DNA of 64,000 bases, taken from assembly GCA_963696385.1 (NCBI GenBank), contig CAVOKF010000008.1:128001-192000 (forward strand), read 5' to 3'. The number at the start of each line of letters is the position of its first letter. Position 1 is the stretch's first letter. Below the pieces are notes generated by a model that did no database searches, was not told the origin of the DNA, and saw nothing but the letters and a program-made list of their open reading frames with translations. Made by a program: the position numbers and the translations under genes. The stretch is from an uncultured delta proteobacterium (GTDB lineage Bacteria > Myxococcota_A > Polyangia > Polyangiales > Polyangiaceae). Shown piece by piece: positions 18,419 through 27,781 of the stretch.

Positions 18419-20319
18419 GCGGCCGGCCCCCGTCACCGCTGCCGCCGCCCGGCACACGCCCGCCGCCGAGCGGCGACCCGGGGGCGCTGCTGCGCACCGT
18501 ACTCAAGGGGATTGGCGGCAGCCCCGGCATCGCGGTCGCTCCGGCACTCGTCGTCGGCGACACGCGCGCCGCGTACGTGCGCAGGCACGTCGCCGTCGGG
18601 CAGATCGACGCCGAGATCGAACGGCTGATCCATGCCGTCAGCGCGGCCCGCCGACACATCCGCGAGGTGAGCGCGCGGCTTCCGGACGGTCCGCTCGAGA
18701 CGAATTCGATCTTGGACGCCTACATCGCGATGGTGGGCGATCCCATGCTTCTCGAGCGAATCGAGCGCAAGATTCGAGACGAGCGCAAGTGCGCCGAATG
18801 GGCCGTCGCGCAGGCCTGCGAGGACATCGGGAAACTCTTCTCGCCCAACGACGCGAACGAACGCGACGCGTACATCGTGGAGAGGCGACACGACATCGAG
18901 TTCGTGTGCGACCGGCTGCTGCGCGAACTGACCGGCGACACCAAGCAGCTCGTGCCGCGGCTCGACCAACCCATGGTCGTCGTGGCTCGCGATCTGTCGC
19001 CGGCCGACACGGCCGCGATGGTGCGAGAGCCGGTCGTGGGGTTCGTGACCGAGATCGGGACGCGGACGAGCCATACCGCGATCATGGCGCGGGCCCTCGA
19101 GATCCCGGCGCTCGTGGGTGTTGCCGACGCGCTGTCGATCGTGCGGACCGGCGACCTGCTGATCGTCGACGGACTGCGCGGCGAGCTGACAATCAACCCG
19201 AGCGAGGCGACGGTCGAAGACGCGCGCAACCGAGGCGCGCGACACCTGGCGTTTGCACGCGGACTCCTGAGCTCGCGCAACCAGCCTTGCGTGACGCTCG
19301 ACGGAGAGCCGGTGTGCCTCAAAGCGAACGTCGAGCTGCCGGCAGAGGCCATCCTGGCGCTCGATCACGGAGCCGAAGGGATTGGGCTTTACCGTACAGA
19401 GTTCATCTACATCGACCGAAAGAAGATGCCGACCGAGGACGAGCAGTATGAGCTCTATCGCGCCGTGGTCGAGGCCGTTGCGCCCCGGCCGGTGACGTTG
19501 CGCACGTTCGACATCGGGGGTGACAAGTTCGCTTCGAGCTTTCAACTGCCTGCGGAAATGAACCCAGCGCTCGGTCTGCGCGCCGTGCGCTTGGCGCTGT
19601 CGCGGCCGGATGTCTTCTTGACCCACCTGCGCGCGATGGTGCGGGCCAGCAGCCACGGCGACCTTCGGATCATGGTGCCCATGGTCTCGAGCGTGCAGGA
19701 GCTGCGCGAAGTGCGACGCCTGCTCGTGCGCGCGATGCACGAAGTCTCTCTCGCGGGGCATCCGTACGCCAAGCACATCCCGCTCGGAATCATGATCGAA
19801 GTGCCGAGTGCCGTCGTGATGGCCGACGTCCTCGCGCGCGAAGCGGAGTTTTTCAGCATCGGCACGAACGACCTGATTCAGTACACGCTCGCCATCGATC
19901 GCGGCAACCGCTCGCTCGCGCCTCTCGCCTCCCCGTTCCACCCCGCCATCTTGCGCATGATTCGGCAGGTCATCCTGGCGGCGGCGACCCACGGTGTTCC
20001 GGTCGCTCTCTGCGGCGCGATGGCAAGCGATCCGCTGGGGGCCGTTCTGCTCGTCGGGCTGGGGCTGCGCGAGCTGTCGATGGAAGCCGCGGCCGTTCCC
20101 GAGATCAAGGAAGCGCTCCGCCGCGTGTCGACGAGCGGTTGCGAACGCGCCGCCCAAGCCGCCCTCGAGCTCGATACCGCCGAGGCCGTCGAAGAGCTCA
20201 TCGCGGCCACCTTTGCGCCGGTCCTGTTCGACCTGCTGACAGGAAACGCCGACGAGCCCTTCAGTCTCGTCGAAAGCGGCGCGTTTCGCGACCCCTTGAA
20301 GACCATTCCGGATCGCTGA
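18415..20319 (+). CDS. ptsI: Phosphoenolpyruvate-protein phosphotransferase (PTS enzyme I, no GAF domain)
   Basis: RTSHTAIMAR, GIGLYRTEF, EMNPALGLRAVR, FFSIGTNDLIQYTLA. Confidence 0.96.
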   Translation: MSGRPPSPLPPPGTRPPPSGDPGALLRTVLKGIGGSPGIAVAPALVVGDTRAAYVRRHVAVGQIDAEIERLIHAVSAARRHIREVSARLPDGPLETNSILDAYIAMVGDPMLLERIERKIRDERKCAEWAVAQACEDIGKLFSPNDANERDAYIVERRHDIEFVCDRLLRELTGDTKQLVPRLDQPMVVVARDLSPADTAAMVREPVVGFVTEIGTRTSHTAIMARALEIPALVGVADALSIVRTGDLLIVDGLRGELTINPSEATVEDARNRGARHLAFARGLLSSRNQPCVTLDGEPVCLKANVELPAEAILALDHGAEGIGLYRTEFIYIDRKKMPTEDEQYELYRAVVEAVAPRPVTLRTFDIGGDKFASSFQLPAEMNPALGLRAVRLALSRPDVFLTHLRAMVRASSHGDLRIMVPMVSSVQELREVRRLLVRAMHEVSLAGHPYAKHIPLGIMIEVPSAVVMADVLAREAEFFSIGTNDLIQYTLAIDRGNRSLAPLASPFHPAILRMIRQVILAAATHGVPVALCGAMASDPLGAVLLVGLGLRELSMEAAAVPEIKEALRRVSTSGCERAAQAALELDTAEAVEELIAATFAPVLFDLLTGNADEPFSLVESGAFRDPLKTIPDR

Positions 20320-20339
20320 TCGCGCGCGATTCTCGCGTG

Positions 20340-20367
20340 TTGACTCGGACCCCGACATGCCTATACT
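20340..20367 (+). promoter_or_regulatory. Putative sigma70 promoter for rpsO
   Basis: TTGACT-N16-TATACT, 24 nt upstream of the rpsO ATG. Confidence 0.65.
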
Positions 20368-20391
20368 ACGCGGCCCGCAACGGACGAAGTA

Positions 20392-20661
20392 ATGCCCCTC
20401 AACACCGACAAGAAAGCCGAAGTTCTCACCAAGTTTCGTACGCACGAGCACGACACGGGCTCGCCCGAGGTGCAGATCGCGCTGCTGACGGAGCGCATCG
20501 GCTATTTGACGGAGCACTTCAAGACACACTTGAAGGACCACCATTCGCGGCGGGGGCTTTTGCGGATGGTTTCGAAGCGTCGGCGTCTGCTCGACTACCT
20601 GCGCCGCGCCAGCCTCGAACGGTACCGACGGGTCGTCGGCGCGCTAAACCTTCGCAAGTAA
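20392..20661 (+). CDS. rpsO: 30S ribosomal protein S15
   Basis: [34 protein letters not shown]. Confidence 0.99.
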   Translation: MPLNTDKKAEVLTKFRTHEHDTGSPEVQIALLTERIGYLTEHFKTHLKDHHSRRGLLRMVSKRRRLLDYLRRASLERYRRVVGALNLRK

Positions 20662-20916
20662 TCTCCCGTGGCGCCTGCGCCATGGCGGGCTCGGGCCGGG
20701 CGGTGTAAAGTCGCCGCCGTCCAAACTAAACCAACCGAGTTCCGCGGCCACGACCTTTTGCTCTTCGATTCGCGCGCATCAGTCGCATTCGCGCCGGTTT
20801 GAGCTTGTCCGCGTCGCGCCATTGGCGTGCGCGAACCGAGGATCAAAGGCGACCCGTAGACTCGGCGTCGAGCCGCACGAACGCGGCCGCTGCGCTTGTG
20901 AGCGCTCAGAGTCCCG

Positions 20917-23175
20917 ATGTCCTTTGTCCGCGAATCCGTCCTCCTCAATGGCAAGCCTCTCGTGTTCGAGACCGGGCGGCTCGCCAAGCAAGCCCATGGA
21001 TCGGTGCTCGTCACCTACGGCGAAAGCGTCGTTCTGGTGACAGCGGTCAGCGGGGACGAGCGCCCCGGGATCGATTTCTTTCCCCTGACTTGCGACTACG
21101 TCGAAAAGACCTTCGCCGCCGGCAAAATTCCCGGCGGGTTCTTCAAGCGCGAGGGGCGCCAGCGCGACGAAGAAATCTTGACGTCGCGTCTCATCGACCG
21201 ACCGTGCCGGCCGCTCTTCCCCGAAGGGTATCGCAACGACACGCAGGTCATCGCCACAGTCCTGTCGAGCGACAAGGACAACCCGACCGACGTGCTTGCG
21301 ATGACCGCCGCGAGCGCGGCCCTGCACATTTCCGAAATCCCGTGGAGCGGTCCTTTCGTCGCCGTTCGCGTCGCGCGCGTCGAAGGCGAGTTCGTCTCGT
21401 ACCCCACGTTCGAGCAGCAAGCCAAAGGCGACATCGACCTCGTCGTGGCGTGCTCGAAAGACGCGATCGTGATGGTCGAAGGCGGAGCGAACGAGGCCGG
21501 CGAGAGCGACATCATCGATGCGCTGATGTTTGCGCACAGTTCGGCACAGCCCATCCTGGAGCTCATCGAGCGCATGCGCGCCGCCGTGGGAAAACCAAAG
21601 CGCACGTTCGAGAAAAAGGCGCTGTCGCGCGACGTCGCCGACCGCGTCAAAGACCTGTGCGACACGGACATTCTGGCGGCCTCGCTCATCAAGGAAAAAA
21701 AGGCGCGCTACGACGCCTACAAGGCGACCAAAGCGAAACTGACCGAGACGCTCACAAGAGAAATCGGGGCCGATCGGTACGCGCAAGTCGAGAAACTCGT
21801 GAAAGAAGAGTTCGAGGAGCGCAAGTATCACGTCGTTCGCGCCTACGTGCTCAACGAGCGAAAGCGCATCGACGGGCGCGACATGAAGACGATCCGGCCG
21901 ATTGTCTGTGAGGTCGGCATTTTCCCGCGCACGCACGGATCGGCGCTCTTCCAGCGCGGGGAGACCCAGGCCGCCGTCGTGACGACGCTCGGGACGTCGA
22001 GCGACGAGCAAAAGATCGACGCCCTCATCGGCGAGCGCTGGAAGCGCTTCATGCTCCATTACAACTTTCCGCCCTATTCGACAGGCGAGACCAAGCCTCT
22101 GCGCGGACCGGGCCGACGCGAGATCGGCCACGGCGCACTCGCAGAGCGCGCCCTTTTGCGCATGATCCCGGACGAGGAGCGTTTTCCTTACACGATCCGA
22201 GTCGTGAGCGAGATTCTCGAATCGAACGGCAGCTCGTCGATGGCAAGCGTCTGCGGCGGAACCCTCAGCCTCATGGACGCCGGCGTCCCCATCAAGTCGC
22301 CGGTCGCGGGGATCGCGATGGGACTCATCAGCGACGGCCCGCTCACCGAGGCGAGGACGCGCGTGGCCATCCTGAGCGACATCTTGGGAGATGAAGACCA
22401 CCTCGGCGACATGGATTTCAAAGTCTGCGGAACGAAAAAGGGCGTCACCGCGATTCAGATGGACATCAAGATCGCGGGACTGTCGCGCGACGTGCTCTCA
22501 CAGGCGCTCGATCAAGCTCGGGAAGCCCGTCTCTTCATCCTCGACAAGATGCTCGGGACTCTCGCGCAAACGCGGACCGACCTTTCGAAGTGGGCGCCGC
22601 GGATCACCCAGATCAAGGTCAAACCGGACCAAATTCGGCTCATCATCGGCCCGGGCGGCAAGACGATCAAGGGCATCATCGACCAGACCGGGGTTGCCAT
22701 CGACGTCGACGACGATGGGACCGTGAACGTCGCGTCCGCCGACAGCGACGCCGTCAAGAAAGCGCTCGACATCATCAAGGGACTGACGACCGAGCCGGAG
22801 GTCGGCACCGTCTACAAGGGGGTGGTGACGCGAATCGCCGATTTCGGCGCATTCATCGAGATTCTGCCGGGAACCGACGGACTCTTGCATGTCTCGGAGA
22901 TGGCGCACCACCGCGTCGACAAGGTGACCGACGTGATGAAGGAGGGGGACTCGGTCGACGTGAAAGTCCTCTCGGTCGATCGCGACGGCAAGATCCGACT
23001 GACCCGGCGCGAGCTCCTGCCGCTGCCCGAGGGCGCCGAAGGCGAACGCGCCCAGCAACGCATGCAACAGGCCCGCGAGGCGGGAGGGCCCCCGCCGCGC
23101 AGCGGCGGCGGACGCGACCGGGACCGTCGCGAAGGACCGCCGCGAGACTCCCGATCGGGTGGACCGCGGCGCTAG
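20917..23175 (+). CDS. pnp: Polyribonucleotide nucleotidyltransferase (PNPase)
   Basis: FFPLTCDY, GKIPGGFFKREG, RREIGHG, EDHLGDMDFKV, KH and S1 domains. Confidence 0.99.
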   Translation: MSFVRESVLLNGKPLVFETGRLAKQAHGSVLVTYGESVVLVTAVSGDERPGIDFFPLTCDYVEKTFAAGKIPGGFFKREGRQRDEEILTSRLIDRPCRPLFPEGYRNDTQVIATVLSSDKDNPTDVLAMTAASAALHISEIPWSGPFVAVRVARVEGEFVSYPTFEQQAKGDIDLVVACSKDAIVMVEGGANEAGESDIIDALMFAHSSAQPILELIERMRAAVGKPKRTFEKKALSRDVADRVKDLCDTDILAASLIKEKKARYDAYKATKAKLTETLTREIGADRYAQVEKLVKEEFEERKYHVVRAYVLNERKRIDGRDMKTIRPIVCEVGIFPRTHGSALFQRGETQAAVVTTLGTSSDEQKIDALIGERWKRFMLHYNFPPYSTGETKPLRGPGRREIGHGALAERALLRMIPDEERFPYTIRVVSEILESNGSSSMASVCGGTLSLMDAGVPIKSPVAGIAMGLISDGPLTEARTRVAILSDILGDEDHLGDMDFKVCGTKKGVTAIQMDIKIAGLSRDVLSQALDQAREARLFILDKMLGTLAQTRTDLSKWAPRITQIKVKPDQIRLIIGPGGKTIKGIIDQTGVAIDVDDDGTVNVASADSDAVKKALDIIKGLTTEPEVGTVYKGVVTRIADFGAFIEILPGTDGLLHVSEMAHHRVDKVTDVMKEGDSVDVKVLSVDRDGKIRLTRRELLPLPEGAEGERAQQRMQQAREAGGPPPRSGGGRDRDRREGPPRDSRSGGPRR

Positions 23176-23188
23176 GGCTTTGGGGCGA

Positions 23189-24601
23189 TCAGCGCGACAT
23201 CGCGCGCACCGGCTCGTAGCCTTCCCGACGGAGGACGACGTAGCCGGCCCCCCGCGTTCCAAGCGCAAGCCAGCTGGCCGGGCGAAAGCGGCGGGCGATC
23301 AGCTCGTCGCGAGCGAGCCGCGCCTCGACGACGCGCGGATACACGGCGTCGCGCCAGGCGTCGAGCCGGCCGCCGGGTAACCCGTTGGGCGCGTAGAGGA
23401 TCAAGGTGTCCGGCCGCCGCCCCAGCAAGAACGTCGCGCTGACCCGTTTGGACGTATGTCCCCCGGGCAGAACGGCGATTTCGGGGTCCGTCACCCCCGC
23501 CAGATCGACGATGTCGGCCTCGGTCGCCGCACCGACCCAGCCGACGTCGAGCGCGGCGACTCGTCGCGCGCGTTCGAGCCAGGGCCGGGCGGCGGCCACG
23601 AGCGCCTCTCGTTCGTCGCCGACCGAACGCCCCCGCGTTGCCCCGCGCCCGCAGAGCACGAGGCCGATCCCCAGGGCCACCACGCTCCGGGCGGCGGTCG
23701 CGACGGGGCGAGCCACGACGCTCAGCAGACACGCCGCGAAGGCCAGCGACGGAAGGACCGGCACGCACACGCGAGCGTACGGCATCCAATCGCCGCCCAC
23801 CGCGACGATGGCCGCGGCGTGGACGCCTGCCGCACAGACGATGGCGGCGCCACGGGGGCAGCGCAGCAGCGCGAACGGAGCGACCACCAGGACCGGCAGC
23901 AGCGTGACGACGAAGGCAGCGCCGACGTAGTTCAGACCGACCGTCATGTCGCTCGGCTTGGCCCAGAGAGCCAAAGGTGCGGGATGACCCCAGGCCGCCA
24001 GCCGCACGGCACCACAGGTCGCGAACGGAACGAGCGCCACAGCGCAGGCCGAGATCACGGCGCCCCACGGCTGATTCCGGGCCATCGCGATGCCCGCGCC
24101 GAGGGCAATCGCCCAGAGCACCATTTCCGGCCGGAATGCCGCGGCAAGTCCCGCCAGTCCAGCCGCCGGCAGCGACCGCCGCTGGAGGGCCGCGCACGTC
24201 GCGAGCAGCGTCGCGATGGCGGTCTCCATGCCGCTCACCGCGTGGGCCGCAAGCGGCACGCACAAGAGCACGGCACCGAGCGACGCCGCGCGCGCCCAGA
24301 GGGCGGCGCCCTGCACGCCCCCAATCGACCGACCGAGCGCAGCGCCCCCCATCGTCCAAGCGCAAAGCCCGAGGCCCTTGACCCGATGAAGAACCGCCAG
24401 AGCTCCGGCGCGCGCGAGTGGCGCCACCAGGATCGGCCATGGAAGAGGAGTCACGCCGTCGGTGGTCGGGCCACCCACGTTGAAGCGCCAGCCGATTCCT
24501 GCGTCGAGATGACGCGCGTAGCGAACCGAGATCAACGCGTCGTCGACCGTAAATCCCCACATCCACAGCGCCGGAATCGCGGCCGTCAGCGCACCGGCCA
24601 T
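23189..24601 (-). CDS. Multi-pass membrane protein, probable GT-C glycosyltransferase (AftB-like pattern)
   Basis: TVDDALISVRYA..G.GWRFN..DGVTPLPW, SGMETA, RPE, GGDWMPYAR, DLAGVTDP; many hydrophobic segments. Start uncertain. Confidence 0.65.
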   Translation of the reverse strand: MAGALTAAIPALWMWGFTVDDALISVRYARHLDAGIGWRFNVGGPTTDGVTPLPWPILVAPLARAGALAVLHRVKGLGLCAWTMGGAALGRSIGGVQGAALWARAASLGAVLLCVPLAAHAVSGMETAIATLLATCAALQRRSLPAAGLAGLAAAFRPEMVLWAIALGAGIAMARNQPWGAVISACAVALVPFATCGAVRLAAWGHPAPLALWAKPSDMTVGLNYVGAAFVVTLLPVLVVAPFALLRCPRGAAIVCAAGVHAAAIVAVGGDWMPYARVCVPVLPSLAFAACLLSVVARPVATAARSVVALGIGLVLCGRGATRGRSVGDEREALVAAARPWLERARRVAALDVGWVGAATEADIVDLAGVTDPEIAVLPGGHTSKRVSATFLLGRRPDTLILYAPNGLPGGRLDAWRDAVYPRVVEARLARDELIARRFRPASWLALGTRGAGYVVLRREGYEPVRAMSR

Positions 24602-24785
24602 CGCCCATGCGGCGGAACCGAGCCACGGCCTCGGGGTTGACGGCGAAGCCGGCCGAACGCCCGCTATCAGGCCTGCCACGCTCTGTCCAATACCCTGCAC
24701 GCTACGCCGAAAAGTACGTGGTTGCACGCGCCGGTTTCTACGATTCGGATGCACCGCAAGGCGCGGTGCCCCCCAGCCGGATCGA

Positions 24786-27293
24786 ATGCGCTTCGAGATT
24801 GTCATCGCCCATCCACCCCACCCTGGCGAGCCGCCGTCTCGTCCGGCCTTTTTGCCCGGGTCGAATGCAGTCGTCGACGGCAGCGTCCCGCGCGTCCGGT
24901 GGCGCCACGCCCGCGAGGTGATCGACGTCTTCATCGACGGCGCGAAGGTCACGGCGGGCGTTCGCGAGACCCACGGCGCGTTCGTCTTGCGCGACTTGGC
25001 CCTTTCGCTGGTCGATCTGTCGCGGCGGCCGCGCGCAAAGGCCACCGTGCGCTTTTACGACGAGCCGTGGGAAATGTGCGTCGAGCGCTTCGGACCGACC
25101 GCCTGCCTCAGCGTCTACCGCGCAGGCCCCGATCCGATCCTGGCCATCTACGATCGCGCCGTCCCTTTCGACGACGTGGTGGCGGCCGCGCGGGAGGCCA
25201 TCGACGGACTCGTCGCCCAGGGTATGGCAGACGGAGCGGCCCGACTGGAACTGGCGTCGGCCGGCCAACAGTTGGGCGATCTGGAGTCGGCGGCCACCTC
25301 GAGCGACGTGGGGGTGCCCCCGCCGATGCCCGTTACGGTCGATCCGGACCGGGACGCACCGCTGTCGTTCGGTGCGGAATTCGCCATTCGCGCGGGGGTT
25401 CCGCCGACGCGAATGGCGCCGCGATCCTCCGAGCACGACCTCGATCCCGCGACCGGTGAGGCCGTCGAGCGGTCCGACGTGCACGCTTTGCTCTTCCGCG
25501 GTCGCATGCGCGCCGAGATCCACGGTCGCAGCATCGACATCGGCGACTGCCTTCCGATGCTCGTCGCCGAGCGAATCGTCGACGTAGCGCGCCGCGCTTT
25601 CGACGCCTGGGAGCGGGGCCTCGCATTCCACGCGCGAGGCGAAGCCGGCGGGGTCGTCATCGGGATCCGCGTTTCTCAAGACGGCGAACTGGCCCTCACG
25701 CTCGGAGCGGTCAGGGGCACCTCGGGTCGCACTGTGCACACGTTCCCGGCGCTCGGCGTCGTCGACATGCTCGAGGCGGCGCTCGCCTTCGGCCGCGCGC
25801 TCGTGCGCGCCATCCTGCGCCGCGACCGCTCTCAATCCGCCAATCTGCGCCTGAGCGCCTTGCGCCGCGCCCTTCGCGAGTCGACGGACGCCTTGCACCA
25901 CGTCAGTCAGACCGACGCCCGGATCAATCCGACGCCCGAGCCGTACCGGGCCTTTGCCGCTGCGCTCGAAGAGACCCGTCCGGCCGATCCCGAGGGGCTG
26001 ACGGCTTCACGCCTGCGCTACGCGCCCCGCTGGCGAGCCATCATTCCGGGAATCGACTTGCGCGCCACGTACCTCTGCGGCGAGCGAGTCATCGTCGGGG
26101 CTGCCGCCGAGATGTGGGCGATGGATCGAGCGACCGGGCGCGTCCTCTGGCAGAACGACGTCCCACGCGGCGCGAGCATCGTCTCGCCGGCGGGAATCGT
26201 GCGCATCGCCGCCGACGGGGTGCTCGGAGTGTACGACTTCGAGACGGGGCAGCGCGGGCTCCGAACGCGCATTGCTCCGCGCCTGGGCGGTCCAGTCGCC
26301 GGCGCGGTCGTCCACTTGCCCGGACTTGCCCGCCTCGTCGTCGTCACCGAAGGCGACCATCATCTGGTGGCCATCGACTTGGCGACCGGCGAACCGCGTT
26401 GGCGATGGTCGTGGGGCGCCACGCGCGGGGCAACACGCCGCGCGCCACGCATCAAGCGGGCCGGGCGACTGCTCTACTTCACCTGCGGAGACGGCGCGCT
26501 CACCGCGCTCGACGTCATGACCGGATCGGTCGTGTGGCGGGTGCGCGATCGCTTCCGGTTTCGCACTCCTCCCACGGTGGCCAAGGACGCGCTCTTCGTC
26601 GTGTCCGGTGGCGCCCACGGAGTGGCCCGGCTCTATTGCATCGATCCGTACGCGGGGCAGGTTCGTTGGATGACACCGCTCGCCGAGCCCTGCGCGCCGT
26701 GCACGGTCGAAGGAGCTCCGCTCGTGGCCGGCAGCGCCGTTGCCGTCGCGGTGCGCCAGAAGACCGGCCTGGCGCTGGCCACGTTTCGTCTCGAGGACGG
26801 TGCGGCGCTCGGGCCCACGCATCGAACCGAAGCCGGGCGCGGCGCGGCGACGGCGGTGGGCACGTCCTGGCTCGCGGTCGACGACGTGTTCATCGGCAAC
26901 GCGCCAACCGGCGACATCGTCGCGGTCGACGCGACCAGCGGTGAACTTCGGTGGCGGCACGTGCTCGGCCCCCGGCCTCTCGAGGCCGACGTCCCTCGGC
27001 GGCTGGAGCCAATCCTGCGCTGCGGCGCTCTGTTCGTGCCGTGCTCTCTCGTATCGCAAGAGCCCCGGGCAACGCCGGCCACCCGGGGCGCGTCCGACGC
27101 CGCCGACCCGCGAGCCGCGGCCGGTGTGTGCATTTTGCGCCCTTCGGACGGCGCCCTCATCGGCGCGATTTCGCCGACGGAAGCGATTCCCGATCTGCTG
27201 CGCGTCGACGAGCGGTGCGACGTCTATGTCGCCGAGGAAAGCGGGCATATGGCCGCCTTCGGCGCTCTTCCGCGCCTATCGCTGGTCCGTTAG
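24786..27293 (+). CDS. Protein with C-terminal PQQ-type/BamB-like beta-propeller repeats and an uncharacterised N-terminal half
   Basis: Repeated AxDxxTGxxxW blades (AMDRATGRVLW, AIDLATGEPRW, ALDVMTGSVVW, AVDATSGELRW); no signal peptide. Confidence 0.8.
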   Translation: MRFEIVIAHPPHPGEPPSRPAFLPGSNAVVDGSVPRVRWRHAREVIDVFIDGAKVTAGVRETHGAFVLRDLALSLVDLSRRPRAKATVRFYDEPWEMCVERFGPTACLSVYRAGPDPILAIYDRAVPFDDVVAAAREAIDGLVAQGMADGAARLELASAGQQLGDLESAATSSDVGVPPPMPVTVDPDRDAPLSFGAEFAIRAGVPPTRMAPRSSEHDLDPATGEAVERSDVHALLFRGRMRAEIHGRSIDIGDCLPMLVAERIVDVARRAFDAWERGLAFHARGEAGGVVIGIRVSQDGELALTLGAVRGTSGRTVHTFPALGVVDMLEAALAFGRALVRAILRRDRSQSANLRLSALRRALRESTDALHHVSQTDARINPTPEPYRAFAAALEETRPADPEGLTASRLRYAPRWRAIIPGIDLRATYLCGERVIVGAAAEMWAMDRATGRVLWQNDVPRGASIVSPAGIVRIAADGVLGVYDFETGQRGLRTRIAPRLGGPVAGAVVHLPGLARLVVVTEGDHHLVAIDLATGEPRWRWSWGATRGATRRAPRIKRAGRLLYFTCGDGALTALDVMTGSVVWRVRDRFRFRTPPTVAKDALFVVSGGAHGVARLYCIDPYAGQVRWMTPLAEPCAPCTVEGAPLVAGSAVAVAVRQKTGLALATFRLEDGAALGPTHRTEAGRGAATAVGTSWLAVDDVFIGNAPTGDIVAVDATSGELRWRHVLGPRPLEADVPRRLEPILRCGALFVPCSLVSQEPRATPATRGASDAADPRAAAGVCILRPSDGALIGAISPTEAIPDLLRVDERCDVYVAEESGHMAAFGALPRLSLVR

Positions 27294-27450
27294 TACGCGC
27301 TGGAGTTGCGACGAGCCTCGTGGCCGGCGGTACCCCTTCGGGCGGAGCCCACAAGGCCATCGTTCTCGTGCACCGCCGACATCGACCGCGGGGCACGAGT
27401 CGCGTGCCGGTCGTTGCGAGAGGGCCCGTACGCGCTACTCTTTGAGAGTC

Positions 27451-27774
27451 GTGCAAGTCTGCGTCCGTTGCGGAAAAGCTGCGCCGGAGACGGATACGAA
27501 CTACACGCTCATCAGCGCCCAGTTCGGCTGGCGGTTGGCGCGTGCTCGGAGAGGCGACGGCACAACCGTGCTCGAATGGCGGTGTCCGCCGTGTTGGCTC
27601 GAACACAAGAAGCAGCGGACGGCGACACCGTCCGACAAGCCGGCCATCGGATTGCTGCCGTCGCGCGCCCGGCCGGCTGAACCGACTCGCCAAGCCGCGG
27701 ATGGGAGCGCGCCGTCGGGCACCCACAGGCCACCGACGGGCGGTTCGCGGCGTCCGAGCCGATTCTCGCGCTGA
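27451..27774 (+). CDS. Small putative zinc-ribbon protein
   Basis: CVRC..ETDTNYTLISAQFGWRL..EWRCPPCW, then a low-complexity tail; 3' part of ORF 26740..27774. Confidence 0.6.
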   Translation: MQVCVRCGKAAPETDTNYTLISAQFGWRLARARRGDGTTVLEWRCPPCWLEHKKQRTATPSDKPAIGLLPSRARPAEPTRQAADGSAPSGTHRPPTGGSRRPSRFSR

Positions 27775-27781
27775 GGGCCTA

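Noticed and set aside
27292..27335. GTAC...GTAC segment as another copy of the REP family
   Set aside because: Internal sequence shows no convincing similarity to modules A or B.
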